From Heptranchias perlo (taxonomy: Eukaryota): a DNA stretch of 64,000 nt. Where the stretch lies: positions 9,610,001-9,674,000 of the forward strand of contig NC_090365.1 in NCBI RefSeq assembly GCF_035084215.1, written 5' to 3'. Shown in pieces: positions 1 to 12,100 of this stretch (the stretch's first letter is position 1; every line of letters starts with the position of its first letter). The position numbers and the translations under genes were made by a program. The notes under the pieces are model-generated. The model had not been told where the DNA came from, made no database searches, and saw only the letters and a program-made list of their open reading frames with translations.

Positions 1-169
1 GGCAGTGTCGGCGCGGTGCGTTCTCTGAACTCGGCAGTGTCGGCGCGGTGCGTTCTCTGAACTCGGCAGTGTCGGCGCGGTGCGTTCTCTGAACTCGGCA
101 GTGTCGGCGCGGTGCGTTCTCTGAACTCGGCAGTGTCGGCGCGGTGCGTTCTCTGAACTCGGCAGTGTC
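1..169. repeat. 32-bp tandem repeat, about 5.3 identical copies, truncated by window start
   Basis: Unit GGCAGTGTCGGCGCGGTGCGTTCTCTGAACTC starts at 1, 33, 65, 97, 129 and partially at 161; no spacers. Confidence 0.95.
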
Positions 170-260
170 AGTGCCAACCGATGATCCTGGCCCTTTGTTT
201 GAGTGCCCACATGGGGCACAGGTGGGACCTTTGTTACAGATGGACCTTTGTTACCTTGAG

Positions 261-515
261 TGACGTGAAGACCACCAATCGGCGTGCAGGAAAAGTCGGC
301 GGCAAAGTCACCAATCGGATCTCAGCGAAGGCGGGCTCTCGTCAGCGGCGACCAATCAGTGCGAAGTGGAAGCGTGCACTTTGTTCCCGCACGCCAATAG
401 GCGTGGGCCGGGGGCGGGCCCGGGGGGCGGGGCCGGGCCGGCGCGCGTTTATTTACCGCGGTCGCCATGTTGTCTCCTTGCGGCGGAGTCTGAAGGCGGC
501 GGTGACAAGATGGCG
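261..515 (+). promoter_or_regulatory. HNRNPL: HNRNPL CpG-island promoter
   Basis: TGACGT at 261; CCAAT at 275, 311, 352, 394; GC boxes at about 411-433; YY1-like CGCCATGTT at 463 and AAGATGGCG overlapping the ATG at 510. Confidence 0.75.
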
Positions 516-584
516 ACCAGGCAGCAGCAGGTGTACGACGGGCGCGCGGCGAAACGCCAGCGGACCGAAAACGACGGCAACCGA
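510..584 (+). CDS. HNRNPL: hnRNP L exon 1
   Basis: MATRQQQVYDGRAAKRQRTENDGNR, resembling human GRAPKRLKTDN; donor GTAAGA at 585, phase 0. Confidence 0.82.
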
Positions 585-3500
585 GTAAGAGCAGCCGAGA
601 GGCGGCCGGCGATAAATACAACGCGGAGTTATATAACCGGAAAATGGTGGAGTTTCGAGCGGTGGGTGGGCGACGACTGCGCTCCGGGCTGTGAATGAGA
701 TCAGGATCGCCTGGCGAGGAGAGGGCGGTTGGTGTTGGTGGGGGGGCGACGGCCTGGTTGATGATGGTGACCCCCCCCCCCCCCGTTGATGATGGTGATC
801 CCCCCCCCTCCTCCTCACTCCTTCGGGCAGCGCCGCTTCAACGGGGAATTGGGGCCTGCGGCCTTCTCACCGCGCGGTCTTCCGCCCGCCTTTGTCTCTC
901 TTTTGAGGGCGGCGAGCCGCGCCTTTTCACAGTCTGGTTTGGTGGAACTGGTGGGGGGTGGGGGCCGAGTTGAGCGCCGTTGGCGGACGGCGGGGCCCCC
1001 GGGGTGGGTTCGCAGCTCCGTGCGGTCTCCCCGCCATTACGGCGGCGGGTTTACCCACTCTGAACAGCAGGGTCTGAGACTGGGCATGTTGGCGATGCCC
1101 GTGTGTCGCTGCGCAGTGAGCTGGATCTTTCATTTCAGCATTAATTGGAAGCCGTGCTCAATTTTTTGGGTTGTGAGGAGTCTCTCTGGCTGCCGACGGT
1201 GTGTTGGGGTACGCCGCATTACTGTTTAACAGTAGTTCCCTGAGTTGCCCATGCAACTGGTTCTCTTACACGTGGGCTGTTTTTAATATTCACCATTCTG
1301 GTTGATGTTGCAAACAGATGCGTGTAGTGATGAAGGGGCTTTTGAAGCGAACTTGTTTTCTTCATCCTTGATGTTGGTAAATCTGCTTTTAATTCAACTG
1401 AGTTGTCAGTTGTGTGGCTGCTTGTGTCCACGTGTCTGAATTTTTGTTAACTCGCATTTGGTGCTATCATTGAGTGACATTAAAGAATGTTATGGTCCCT
1501 CCCTACAATCTGCTTGCAGGGCATCCAGAAGGTATTGATTGGAAAATATAGGAACATCTTTGCTCTTGCCAACCTACATCTGGACTTGGGTAAATGGGGG
1601 TGGGAGATAGAGAGGTAGTGTACTTGTACATCCTGCCAGGTTAATTCAGTTGGTAGGACTCAAGTATTTGAGTACATAATCTCGGCTGATATTCTAGTGC
1701 TTTTGTCTTTAGGAAGTTTGAGAGGTGTGGTATTCTACCCGTGTGGGCTTATGTGGTTCTAGTTGATAATGTTTACCGATTTCCCTGTGTGTTGTGGTAT
1801 GTGGCTAACCAAAAAAAATGGATGGAGGTTGTAGTGCTTGCCACCCTTCTTTCATCTCTTTCCCTTCTCATCCAGCACAAAGGTGGAGAAATCAGGTTTT
1901 CTGCATTGCATTAGGCTCTTTGGAACTGTATTATAATTGCTTATTTTTTGTTTTTCTAAACAGGAAATATATGAAATATGCAGACTTAAGTTCTAAAATC
2001 TTGACAAAATTCTCTAATTCCACTAAATAGTGCAGTACAAAGACATGGTATATAATTGTACAGTTTTGTATTTAAGGAACTTCATTTTATGCAGTGGCTG
2101 TTATTTTCTCAAGATCATAAGTCTGACTTGAATGGAGTCCCAGTGTAACTCTGCTCTTCAGGGCAGACGCCCCTTTCTGTCCACGTATGTAGCACATTTT
2201 CCTGTTGGAATGCATCCTTAGACAAATCGTGTATCTGAAGAGAAGTCAGCCATGACTGGGATGTGTGGGTTCTGCTTGGACCTATCCTGTGGATTCTACA
2301 GTATATTAATTCTATTGATATCTAAATAAAATCTCTACTGGGCAGTTTTGGAGCATGGAGCCAATTTAAAAACTGACTGTTGCCAAACAGTCCCTTCATT
2401 GCTGGAAGGTTTCTGGCTAAATGTCCCGTGGAATTGGATATTTTATTACATTGCGACTCACTTTTTCTCATTAGCTTCTTGCATCTGATCTTTTAACAGT
2501 AGCAGCTCCTTGTACAACATTTATTACCTAAACATATTTTCTTGTTGCAAGGCATACTTACTATTTCTCTCCTTCTCACAAAAGAAAACCAAGTAAATTT
2601 CTTAGCCAAGCAGACCCATTAGGCATTGTCACTAGACTTCCAGTGTTTTCTGATATCTGGGAGATGCATGAGAGCAACTGTAGATGGTGACCTCTTGCTC
2701 CTGCTCTTGTCTGAAGTGATTATACAGTCATCTTCCCCCACCAAGCTACTGCCTTTTTGTTGGTTTTGGGTAGTAATGGTGTCAGACGGTTGAATAAAAA
2801 CGGATGTCATAATTTGAATCGCAGTATTTATTTGCATGATGGAAATGCTTGTAATTACGTTTGTTATAACCAGAAGTACTGCATCCTTTCCACCTTCCTT
2901 TTCAGTTCTAACCTTTTTAAATGTTAAAACTAAACACGTGCCTAACATATTCCATAATCAAGATTACCACTGCTTTGCAGTTTTTGTGCAAAAACTTATC
3001 CCGAAACTAGTTAAAATTCTGCTACCTCCCTCCTACCTGTGATTTTACATTATCTTTTTAGTGCCTTCAGTACTTTAACCACTTCAGTCCGTTATTGTAT
3101 AGCATTTACTTAAACCTGTTATTGCATAGCGCCCTGTCAGTGGTTGGTCAGTCAGTACTCCATATGGGGTAGTGCTGTAATGGTATTACTAACAGAAACT
3201 GGATTGAGAGCACTTACCTGAGACCATTACTGCCACCCACCACAGGAAATTAAGACTTGTCCTAGCCTGGATTTTGCTTCCATCTTCCTCGGGTGAAGAA
3301 CCACACACTGCACTGACCGATCCCCTGTTGCATAATTCTGATCTGACTTGCATGCTGTTATAAATTTGTGGTTTTCCTGTTTTTTTTAAGACAGGATGCT
3401 TAGTTTGCATTTTTTGTGGTTATTTAAGCTTCAAGTATATTGCTAGCAGTAAAACAAGAGCAAATAGGCAGCAAATCGAGGCTACTAGTATATTTATTGG

Positions 3501-3728
3501 GTTAGGTTACTGCTCTAATTAGGAAAAAAAATGTTTCACAACAAAGTATATCTGGAAACTAAAGCATTGGATAGAAAAGCTCATCTCAGTTGCAGTTGTG
3601 GGCTAATTCTGAAAGGTTTACTTTCCTGCTGGCAATTGGGGTGGATTCACCAGGTTTGGGGGGTGGGGGGGAGAGAAGCAGTATCTAAATATTGTCTCTG
3701 CTGTGCTAATGTCACTTTTCCTTTGCAG

Positions 3729-3859
3729 CAACAGGATGGCAGTTATCTTGAAGATCCCCACAAACCATCCCCATCTCCTGTGGTACATGTCAGAGGACTA
3801 TCTGATGGAGTGATGGAGGCAGACCTTGTAGAGGCGCTACAGGAGTTTGGTGCCATCAG
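3729..3859 (+). CDS. HNRNPL: hnRNP L exon 2 (start of RRM1)
   Basis: QQDGSYLEDPHKPSPSPVVHVRGLSDGVMEADLVEALQEFGAI; acceptor TTTGCAG with an alternative CAG 6 nt downstream; donor GTAAGC. Confidence 0.92.
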
Positions 3860-6199
3860 GTAAGCTGCTTGAGTTGAGATAAGAAGGCAGTTTGCCTAAT
3901 GGAAATATTACATTTACAAATGATCTCTTGAGGTATGTATTTGGGCTTATTCAAAATGGGTGCTGTGTACTCTTAACTAGTGTTTCTGTAAGTAACATTG
4001 CTAACAGGCAGTCTTAGAAATCAGGCCGTTTCCAGCTCCCTTTCCTTTATCCATAGCTGGTTGTGACTCGAGCCTGATGTCCCTTCCTGGAATTGTACTT
4101 CTAACTACACTGACCTAGTTTCTCAGATGCTACTCTTGGTGCACATGTGCTTCTTCAAATAAGTAGAACTGGCATTCTACTTACTGACATGAATCCAGCT
4201 AATTGATCCAAGGCAGAGCCAAATGTCTAGCTTCATTTGTCAGGTAACATTAATCAAAAAAGAAATCAAATCAAGTGTTCAATTAAGAGGCGACTGCTTA
4301 ACCTTGGTAATAGCAAATCACAGGATAGTGAAATTACACTCGTGCGTATGCAAATTTATTACAGCCGATTGGCTCGGATCCCATTCATAAAACATAACGA
4401 ATGTTAACTGAACAAAAAGAGGAAAACCAATTAAGCAATTCTTCATTCTTGTTCACTGCCATAAAAGGTTTTTTTAAAAGAAAATCAAAAATAGTGAACT
4501 GATGAAATTGCCCCAAATAGGAAAATCCCTTTGGCTCTCATCTTGCTTTATCCAGAGAGCTGAGAACTTAATGGACACTTGGTTGTAAAAACATAAAATT
4601 AAATGCCTGCGAGTGTTTTTACTTGAGGTTTCTACCCACCCTGTTAGGATTGGTAATGAGGGTGCATTGGTTACCCATCACGTCAAGCTGCTGTGGAGGT
4701 TGATGTCCATAATTTGAGTGGGGAGGGTTCTGAAGTCTTAACATTTCAGAGGCAGCTGATACCAAATTCTGGATTGCAGGAATTGTCGACATAATTTCCT
4801 TGATCATAGTTGCTCACCCACAAGGGGGAGATGGTCAAATCAGGGATCAGCCCTTGGTTTATAGAATTTCCCCAAATTCAGGAAATGACTACAGCATGTT
4901 ATGCAAATTTTACGAATCTGTGACGCTACAGATATATGGGTGGGCAATCTACGCGTCAGCATCAGAGCTTCAGTTGTGCAAACTGGTAAATCTACATATG
5001 GACCCTCTAGTCGCAAGGTGTGGCACAAATTTGGTACAGACAGTAAATGTTGCTGTCACTGCTCTGCCCTCCTTATGTTGGCCTATTGAGGGGGAAAACT
5101 GCCAGTTATGTAAACTTGTACAAAAATCAAATCAATAACTGAGTATAACCATTTAGAATTGCCAGCTGCAAAAAAAATTGAGTGCAATGTAGAAAGGAAT
5201 GATGTGCATTTATTTAGCTTCAAGTATCCCAGCTGTGCTTTACGGTTCCCTGTACCCTGTTTCAGGTGTGCTAATCTACCAGTCTTGAGTGATTGTTGTG
5301 ACTTGTGCCAGTGGCTTTCACATTGAATTTCAGCAGTGAGCAGCAAGGTTAACCCAGTTTTACAAACAGATTTAATCATTTGGAAGTATTTGAAACTGTA
5401 CAGAAATTTCACACTGCTGATACTCACTGTTCCTCACTGAAATTCTGGTAACACTCTTAACTACTCATTAGCTGACAAGCAAGTGCTCAGAATAAAGTGT
5501 ACTTCTACTTGAATTTCCATTACTGGCATAAGTTTCCTATTTCTTGGACAGCACCATTTCTGGCATTCAGACTTGGAAGACAGTTGCTTAGTTGACCTTT
5601 TGTGAGATGACATGAAAGCTAGGAATTTTGATATCAACTGACTGTACAGAAGTGCTTGGCTGGTACTGGCGTTTCCTGCCTAGTATCCAGGTTTTTTGAT
5701 CTGCAGCAATGCTTTGGGACCTGTTTGTCCTGTATTTTCTGGATATCTGTCATACTGGATTAACAAGTTGGTGTGTAAAATAAGGTTCTATACTCTTGAG
5801 CCTTTTTTGTTTGGGGGGGGAGTGGTGTTGGGGGTTCACAGCACTTGGAAAATGTTTCTGCCTACTTGTGCACGGTAAACTCTTAATCAGTGTCACATTG
5901 ATGTAACTGAAGTTGGTTATTGCCCTGTATTGTGGTCTCAAGATAAACCCACATGACAGGTTGGCTCTTAACATTTCAATGTTTTCTTAGCGACCTTACT
6001 GCTGTGAACTCTTTGGTCTTGCTACATCTTGGGCTTGCATAAATCATGACAAAGCTGAGATGAGAGGTTAAGCTATTTGAAAATGCAGAGCTCTGGTATG
6101 CAGTGCAAGCAGAGTGTGCCCTTTTTAAAATGTGAATACCACTTAATTATGTGCATATGTTGTACAGAAAGTTGACATCAATGTTTTTTGGTTTTGCAG

Positions 6200-6437
6200 C
6201 TATGTGGTGATGATGCCCAAGAAGAGACAGGCGTTAGTGGAGTTTGAGGATCTGAATGGCGCGTGTGCCTGTGTGAACTTTGCAGTTGAAAGCCAGATCT
6301 ACGTGGGTGCACAGCCTGCCTTTGTGAACTACTCTACTAGTCAGAAAATTTCCAGGCCTGGTGACTCTGATGATTCCAGAAATGTGAACAACATACTGCT
6401 CTTCACAGTGATGAACCCTATCTATCCGATTACAACG
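6200..6437 (+). CDS. HNRNPL: hnRNP L exon 3
   Basis: YVVMMPKKRQALVEFED...ISRPGDSDD...NPIYPITT; acceptor TTTTGCAG, donor GTGCGT. Confidence 0.95.
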
Positions 6438-6964
6438 GTGCGTTACTTAAATTTATTGCAGCATTGCATGGTGTTTACAATCGAGAGCATAGTGAAGTGA
6501 GTGGTTTTTGAAGATTATAAACTGAAATTTCCTGGAAATTATCTATTTTAATCCAGTATAGCTCACATTGACTAAATGTATGTGTATTATAGTCTGATCC
6601 AAATATGACAACTGAAGGATTTCTCAGTTAGGAAGGATATAATCAAGGAAGATGGCAGGGGTTTTGCCTTAACATAAGGTTTCCATCATTTGTGTGTCTT
6701 TTCCCCTTCCTCTCCAAATTCTGGTTTCATGACTAGGGCTCTAAGAAATTACCACTTTCACTCTGAAACAGTACTATTTTTTTAAAATCGAATGGGTTAC
6801 AATATTGAAGTCATTTGGCATTGGTGGAGTATGAATTTTTAATGTGATTATGGTTTGAAGTTAGTAAAATTAATTGATTTGGCTTGACAATTGTAATTTT
6901 CTCAGAGCCTGTAACCTGATGTTATCTCTGGCTATGGCACTGTCTGCTGCTTAAGCCTGGAAAG

Positions 6965-6980
6965 TCTCTCTCTCTCTCTC

Positions 6981-7040
<60 letters not shown>
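6965..7040. repeat. (TC)n microsatellite
   Basis: About 38 TC units with one interruption, followed by a T run. Confidence 0.95.
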
Positions 7041-7049
<9 letters not shown>

Positions 7050-7206
7050 CCAAAAGGACCAGCAAAACAAGTTGTTGGATCAGTGTCAAGACTGATGAAC
7101 TATGATTTGAGTTAAAGGTAGTTGTGTAGAAGTTGGAGGGGGCAGCAGAGTTGAGGAATGCATAATTCTAAACTCATTGTGGCAAATTGTTTTCTTTTCA
7201 CCCTAG

Positions 7207-7292
7207 GATGTTTTGTACACGATATGCAATCCATGTGGACCTGTGCAAAGGATCGTAATATTTAGGAAGAATGGTGTCCAGGCAATGGTGGA
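7207..7292 (+). CDS. HNRNPL: hnRNP L exon 4
   Basis: DVLYTICNPCGPVQRIVIFRKNGVQAMVE; ends at the U12 donor ATATCCTTT. Confidence 0.95.
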
Positions 7293-7317
7293 ATATCCTT
7301 TGCCAATATTGAACATG

Positions 7318-7531
7318 ATGTGGAGATGCCGGTGATGGACTGGGGTTGACAATTGTAAACAATTTTACAACACCAAGTTATAGTCCAGCAATTTTATTTT
7401 AAATTCACAAGCTTTCGGAGGCTTCCTCCTTCCAACAACGTTCACCTGAGGAAGGAGGAAGCCTCCGAAAGCTTGTGAATTTAAAATAAAATTGCTGGAC
7501 TATAACTTGGTGTTGTAAAATTGTTTACAAT
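7318..7531. mobile_element. Penelope-like element end arranged as an inverted repeat, with hammerhead-like core
   Basis: Perfect 82-bp arms at 7352-7433 and 7450-7531; direct repeat CAATATTGAACATG at 7304-7317 and 7528-7541; CTGAGGA...GAAAGCTT core. Confidence 0.7.
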
Positions 7532-7825
7532 ATTGAACATGGGAGGGAATGCGTATAGAAAGCATTTGAGGGAAGTTTGCTATTACATTCATAATTTGCT
7601 TTTAACAAATCCCAATTGTATCAGTTGCATATAAATGAACTGGGGTGTATGACTGACATCAGCATAAACTGACCTTTCATTCACCAACACAGGTTTGTCT
7701 TTGCTGCCAAATTACTAACATCTGGTGCAATGAGTTGCAGCTTAAATGGCATTGAGGGGGCAGGAAGGAGGTGAGGAGACTATCCAGTTATTTGGGGTGG
7801 TTGAAGAATGGAAAATGGGAGGCCT

Positions 7826-8265
7826 GGACCTATCCTTGCCCTCCCTCCCCATTTCCACATTTGTGTGTTATCCCCTGGTGACATCATCCACAGACATGTC
7901 AGCTTCCTCATATAGGCTTATGATGCCCAGTTCTACCTATCTACCATCTTTTGACCGCTGCCATGCTGACCTACATTGGCTCCTGATCCACCAACGCCTC
8001 ATTTAAAATTCTTATCCTTGTGCTTTAATCCCTTTGCAGCATTGCCCCTCCCTATCTGTACTGTCCTTCTTCCCTCTTGTATATCCACTTTGCTCAGCCA
8101 TTGGCAGCTGAGTAACAGCTGTCTAGGCCCCACTCTTTGGAATTCCATCCTTGACCTCTGCTTCCCATGCCTCCTTTTTAAAGGCCACCGCTTTCACCAA
8201 GCTTTCGGTTGCCCCTCCTAATATCTCCTTTGGCTATGAAGCACTTTTGGACATTTTTCTAACTT
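7826..8265 (+). mobile_element. Degenerate L2 LINE 3' fragment
   Basis: GACCTACATTGGCTCC...CTAGGCCC...GGAATTCC...CCAAGCTTT motifs shared with the L2 tails at 29.7, 44.2 and 54.3 kb. Confidence 0.6.
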
Positions 8266-8509
8266 TATTTTACTGAAGTTCTAATTGACGGGACTCAGCG
8301 ATTGCTTTCAAAGTGCCACCATTCTTAAATCCCAATAATGTAACTCGGAGTAGAAAAGAGATAGCTTGATGGTAATAGCTGATGGAATATATCAAAACTT
8401 ACATTTGCAGTGTTTTGGTGGGTATCTTTATTCTTGATCAAACACTAGTGACTGAGGTAACTGGTGTGCTTTCTATTTAATCTTGTTTATTTACCTTAAC
8501 TTGAGGCAC

Positions 8510-8606
8510 ATTTGACTCTGTACAGAGTGCTCAGAGAGCGAAAGCATCGCTCAATGGAGCAGACATTTATTCTGGATGTTGTACTTTGAAGATTGAGTAT
8601 GCAAAG
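8510..8606 (+). CDS. HNRNPL: hnRNP L exon 5
   Basis: FDSVQSAQRAKASLNGADIYSGCCTLKIEYAK; donor GTAAGT. Confidence 0.95.
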
Positions 8607-9063
8607 GTAAGTTTCCTGCCAAATTCAACATACTGACTAAAGAGGAGTGGTATAGAGAACTGGTTTGTAGAGAAGTGAGATGTTGAGGCTGAAATTAAAT
8701 TCTATGCTGAAAATATCATTTCTGAAGTCCTATGGGGTTACAAGAGCAATGTGTGGAGATCTAAATGCAGTCTTAAGCTTAGAAAGCCACGAACCTTGAG
8801 ATTGTGATTGAGGCAGCAAGATTAGGATTGTATAAATATATAGTATACTTATAAAAGTATTAATAATTATATAGCAGTTTGGTATCTGGCACTCCTCAGT
8901 GTGTGCACTGAGGTGTAAATTGGCCTGAAGTTGATACTGAGCTCAGTTTATGTTGTGTAAGGACACTGTTAATTTTTGGCTTGGAATCATGGCTGTTAAC
9001 TGGAAGGCAGATATTCACTTAATCAATTCATTGAACTAACTTAATTTGAATTCCACTCTATAG

Positions 9064-9136
9064 CCTACTCGTTTGAATGTCTTCAAAAATGATCAGGATA
9101 CTTGGGACTATACAAATCCTAATTTGGGAGGACAAG
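9064..9136 (+). CDS. HNRNPL: hnRNP L exon 6
   Basis: PTRLNVFKNDQDTWDYTNPNLGGQ; acceptor TAG, donor GTAATA. Confidence 0.95.
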
Positions 9137-12100
9137 GTAATATAAATTTAGTATATGTGCAATTAATTTCTTGTGAATGTTTTAAGTTTTACACATTCCC
9201 ACTTTTTTTTTGCAAATTGCACTCACCTCTAACCCTACACCATATTTTACAGTTATAACTTTGGTGCTGTCAGTTAATAGAATTCAGAGAAGCTTCCAGC
9301 AACATTGGAATACTGCACCACATAGACTTCTAACAATTGATTGATCTGTCTTATGGTGGTGGGCCCTTACTTTGGTGTATAGCTTTCATTTCCAGCGATT
9401 TGATGGATATGGAAGCTGGGACTAGCTCAACAGGCAAGCACTCAGGCAAGACTGGGTGCATTGTTGGCCATTTTAATAGTCCATTGGGCTGCTGGCAAGC
9501 TTTAATGTGATTGGGGTAGCTTTGTTGCATGGCACAATGTTTCTATTTTTAACCTGAAATTGTGTTTCAGCTTTCACTTAAATATCAAGTCCTTCTGTTT
9601 CTTTTGGTAATTGGGGGGGAAGGAGGTGGCAGTTCTTGATGTCTGCTATATTCTAGTAAATATGGGGTCCTTGCTTTGATATCTAATGCATACTTGTCAA
9701 TGTGGCATGTGTTTTGGAAGTCCTGCTTTTTATTTAGATGGGACTTTTGGATACAGATGTACCCAGAGGGTGAGAAAGCTCAAACTTTGAGCCATTGCTG
9801 TGCACCCAGCGCATTCTAGTTTCTCCAACTGAAATGCACTGTCTTTTCTCATGTACTTGGTTTACTTCAATTTGGTCAATAAGGCAAGGCTACTCACAAC
9901 ATGCTTTTATCCCAGCAGCTACCTGCATTGTGACTAAAGGGTGGTATATTTGTAGCAGCTAACTGCTTTTCCTTCTGTTGCCCAAACACACTACAGCTTC
10001 TCTTCCCACCAAAATATTACAGCTGTTGGGTCTGGGTTTGATCTAGCAGGAGATCTTGGACCTTCCAATGTTCTGGTTGGGAAGCCAACATGTTTACTGT
10101 AAAGCTATTATTGGGACTCATTACATTTAGAATTGGATAACTGCGCTGCAGTATTTGAGTTTTGACTCCTGTTTCTGAATCTTGAATGGAGGGTAGTGAA
10201 ATTATTTTAAATGAAGGGAGAGAGATTTTGCAGAATCACAGGTTTACACTTTTTGCTATACTTCTGGATGTGGCTCACTTTTCACTGAAGTTGTTCCAGC
10301 TGCCTACTCTGTATCAAAATAATTGCAGGTTAGGAAGATCATTTGGCCAGTGTTAGGTTCTTTCTGGAGACTATAAATTAAGTGTGTCTACCACCCTCCA
10401 TTGCTGCATCTAGTTGTTAATATTGACTCTACTACTCTATCCATGTTTTCATTCCATATGTTGACCTGTCAAGATCTCTAAATTTGCCTTGTTAGTTTGT
10501 GCCTGTCCCAATGGCATTTATTTTAAAGCCATCATCTGGATTTACCTTTTTACATTCCATTAACCACTGCTGCAATTCAAGATTGAATTTTGGATTAATT
10601 AAGGCCGTCTCTCTCTGAACATAACTGGTTCCTTGTCAATCTTAACTATAATCGATCCACACACACTTGACTTGTTTCCCGAGTGCATATTTTTTTAAGA
10701 AGCCAATTGAGATTGAGCAGTCTCCATTAAATCCCACAGCCATCGACCTTCGCAATGACACGGCTGGTTCCAGAGCTGGCTCTTTTTTCTTAGTTTTCTT
10801 ATCAATGGTTCAGAATTACATGAATTAAGATTTCTGCACCACTGTGTGTAGGTTGGGGCATCTGTTGCTGGACCAAGTATTACTACAAAAGGAAATGAGC
10901 TGAAGCCAATGGCCAGGGTGACAAAATGAGGACGAGATCTTGGCATCCTCCCAGTAGACCATGGGTATATCAGTGTTTTTGGCAGAGTAGTGTAGCAAAA
11001 AGACCCAAGTGGTAGTGCTAATCCGATGTCCTGTTATTACTAGGTTTTCATTTGTACAAGTGCATGAAAGGAAGATGATTTCCTGATAACCAGTAAAATT
11101 GTAAATGGGTGTATGAAGCATGTTTTCCTGTTGCTATTTGTAGCAAAATCTTGGATATTACCTAAAAATGTTTAGACAAATTTCAAAAAGCATAGAGCAG
11201 AATTAACTCCTTTCAAAGCCATAGCCTCCATCCTATGTACAAATAAAGCTTAATTTTTTTTTCCCTAACCTGCTTTCAAGTGAAATCCAGACTAGACATA
11301 ATGCAGCTTTTTATCTGAGTGCTTTGCTCCAACACTCTGCTCTTTGCACTGTGTACAACTGCTAGGTCTTTGCAGTTTTATTTTGTTCAGTAAACTTTAA
11401 AGTTTGTTCTGTAAAGGTGATTCGTCACCTAGAAGGTGGTTTCACAGGTGTGAGGCAACCAGCACAGTGCATGGTGTTCCAGAGCTATAAATATGCAATT
11501 ACGGGTCTATTGGGAGTTGTGCAGCCATTGAACAAATTATTTACATTTGGTGCCTCCTGGATGTTCTTGTTAATGACTGCTGCGTGCCACATGTGTAAAC
11601 TTTCATTTTTCTGAAAGGATTTCCATAATGGATAATCTGAGTTTAAAAATCTTCTGCAGTGTGAATACTTCAGATTAAGTTTTGTGGTCGAATGCAGCTT
11701 TAAGTATAACGTGCTTGCTGGGTGAGGGGCCTGTGTTTAAAATGTTTTCTGACTTAAAACTGACTTTCATTACACTGACTGCACTTGTGTGTCAAAGCAG
11801 AATGTTGCTGGAAGTTTTTCATCTTTTGCACACCCCATAACAAGGTTTGACTTTCCTGGCAATTGGCATGTCTGTTCCACTTGGTGTACTGGAAATGTAT
11901 GTAGTTATTGCATTGACTGATTTTTCTGTGGACTGCACCCATTAGTATAGACTATGAACACTTCTATGAAATGGAAGTAAAGATCTGAATTTAGGTGATA
12001 GCACCAAAAAACAAAAGTTTGTAGCAACACTGTGCTGGCTGCAGGTAACTGCTAACTGGGTTAGTACCACTTAATATCCTTCTCTAATTTGCAGGCAGTC

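Larger units (their letters stand above)
7293..8509 (+). other. HNRNPL: U12-type (minor spliceosome) AT-AC intron
   Basis: 5' ATATCCTTT at 7293; branch point TTACCTTAAC at 8491-8500; terminal AC at 8508-8509; joining gives GA|A TTT GAC = E-F-D in frame. Confidence 0.93.

Noticed and set aside
1-169. 32-bp repeats resembling a CRISPR array (also the 34-, 37- and 39-bp arrays)
   Set aside because: Head-to-tail with no unique spacers, no cas genes, eukaryotic context.
181-1229. Several overlapping 90-150 aa ORFs
   Set aside because: By-products of GC-rich CpG-island sequence; only 510-584 fits the HNRNPL exon chain.
1964-2047. Possible cassette exon in HNRNPL intron 1 (strong pyrimidine tract plus CAG)
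   Set aside because: Early in-frame stop, weak donor and no homology support.
11417-11447. Possible microexon in HNRNPL intron 6
   Set aside because: Weak donors, lengths not a multiple of 3, no supporting homology.
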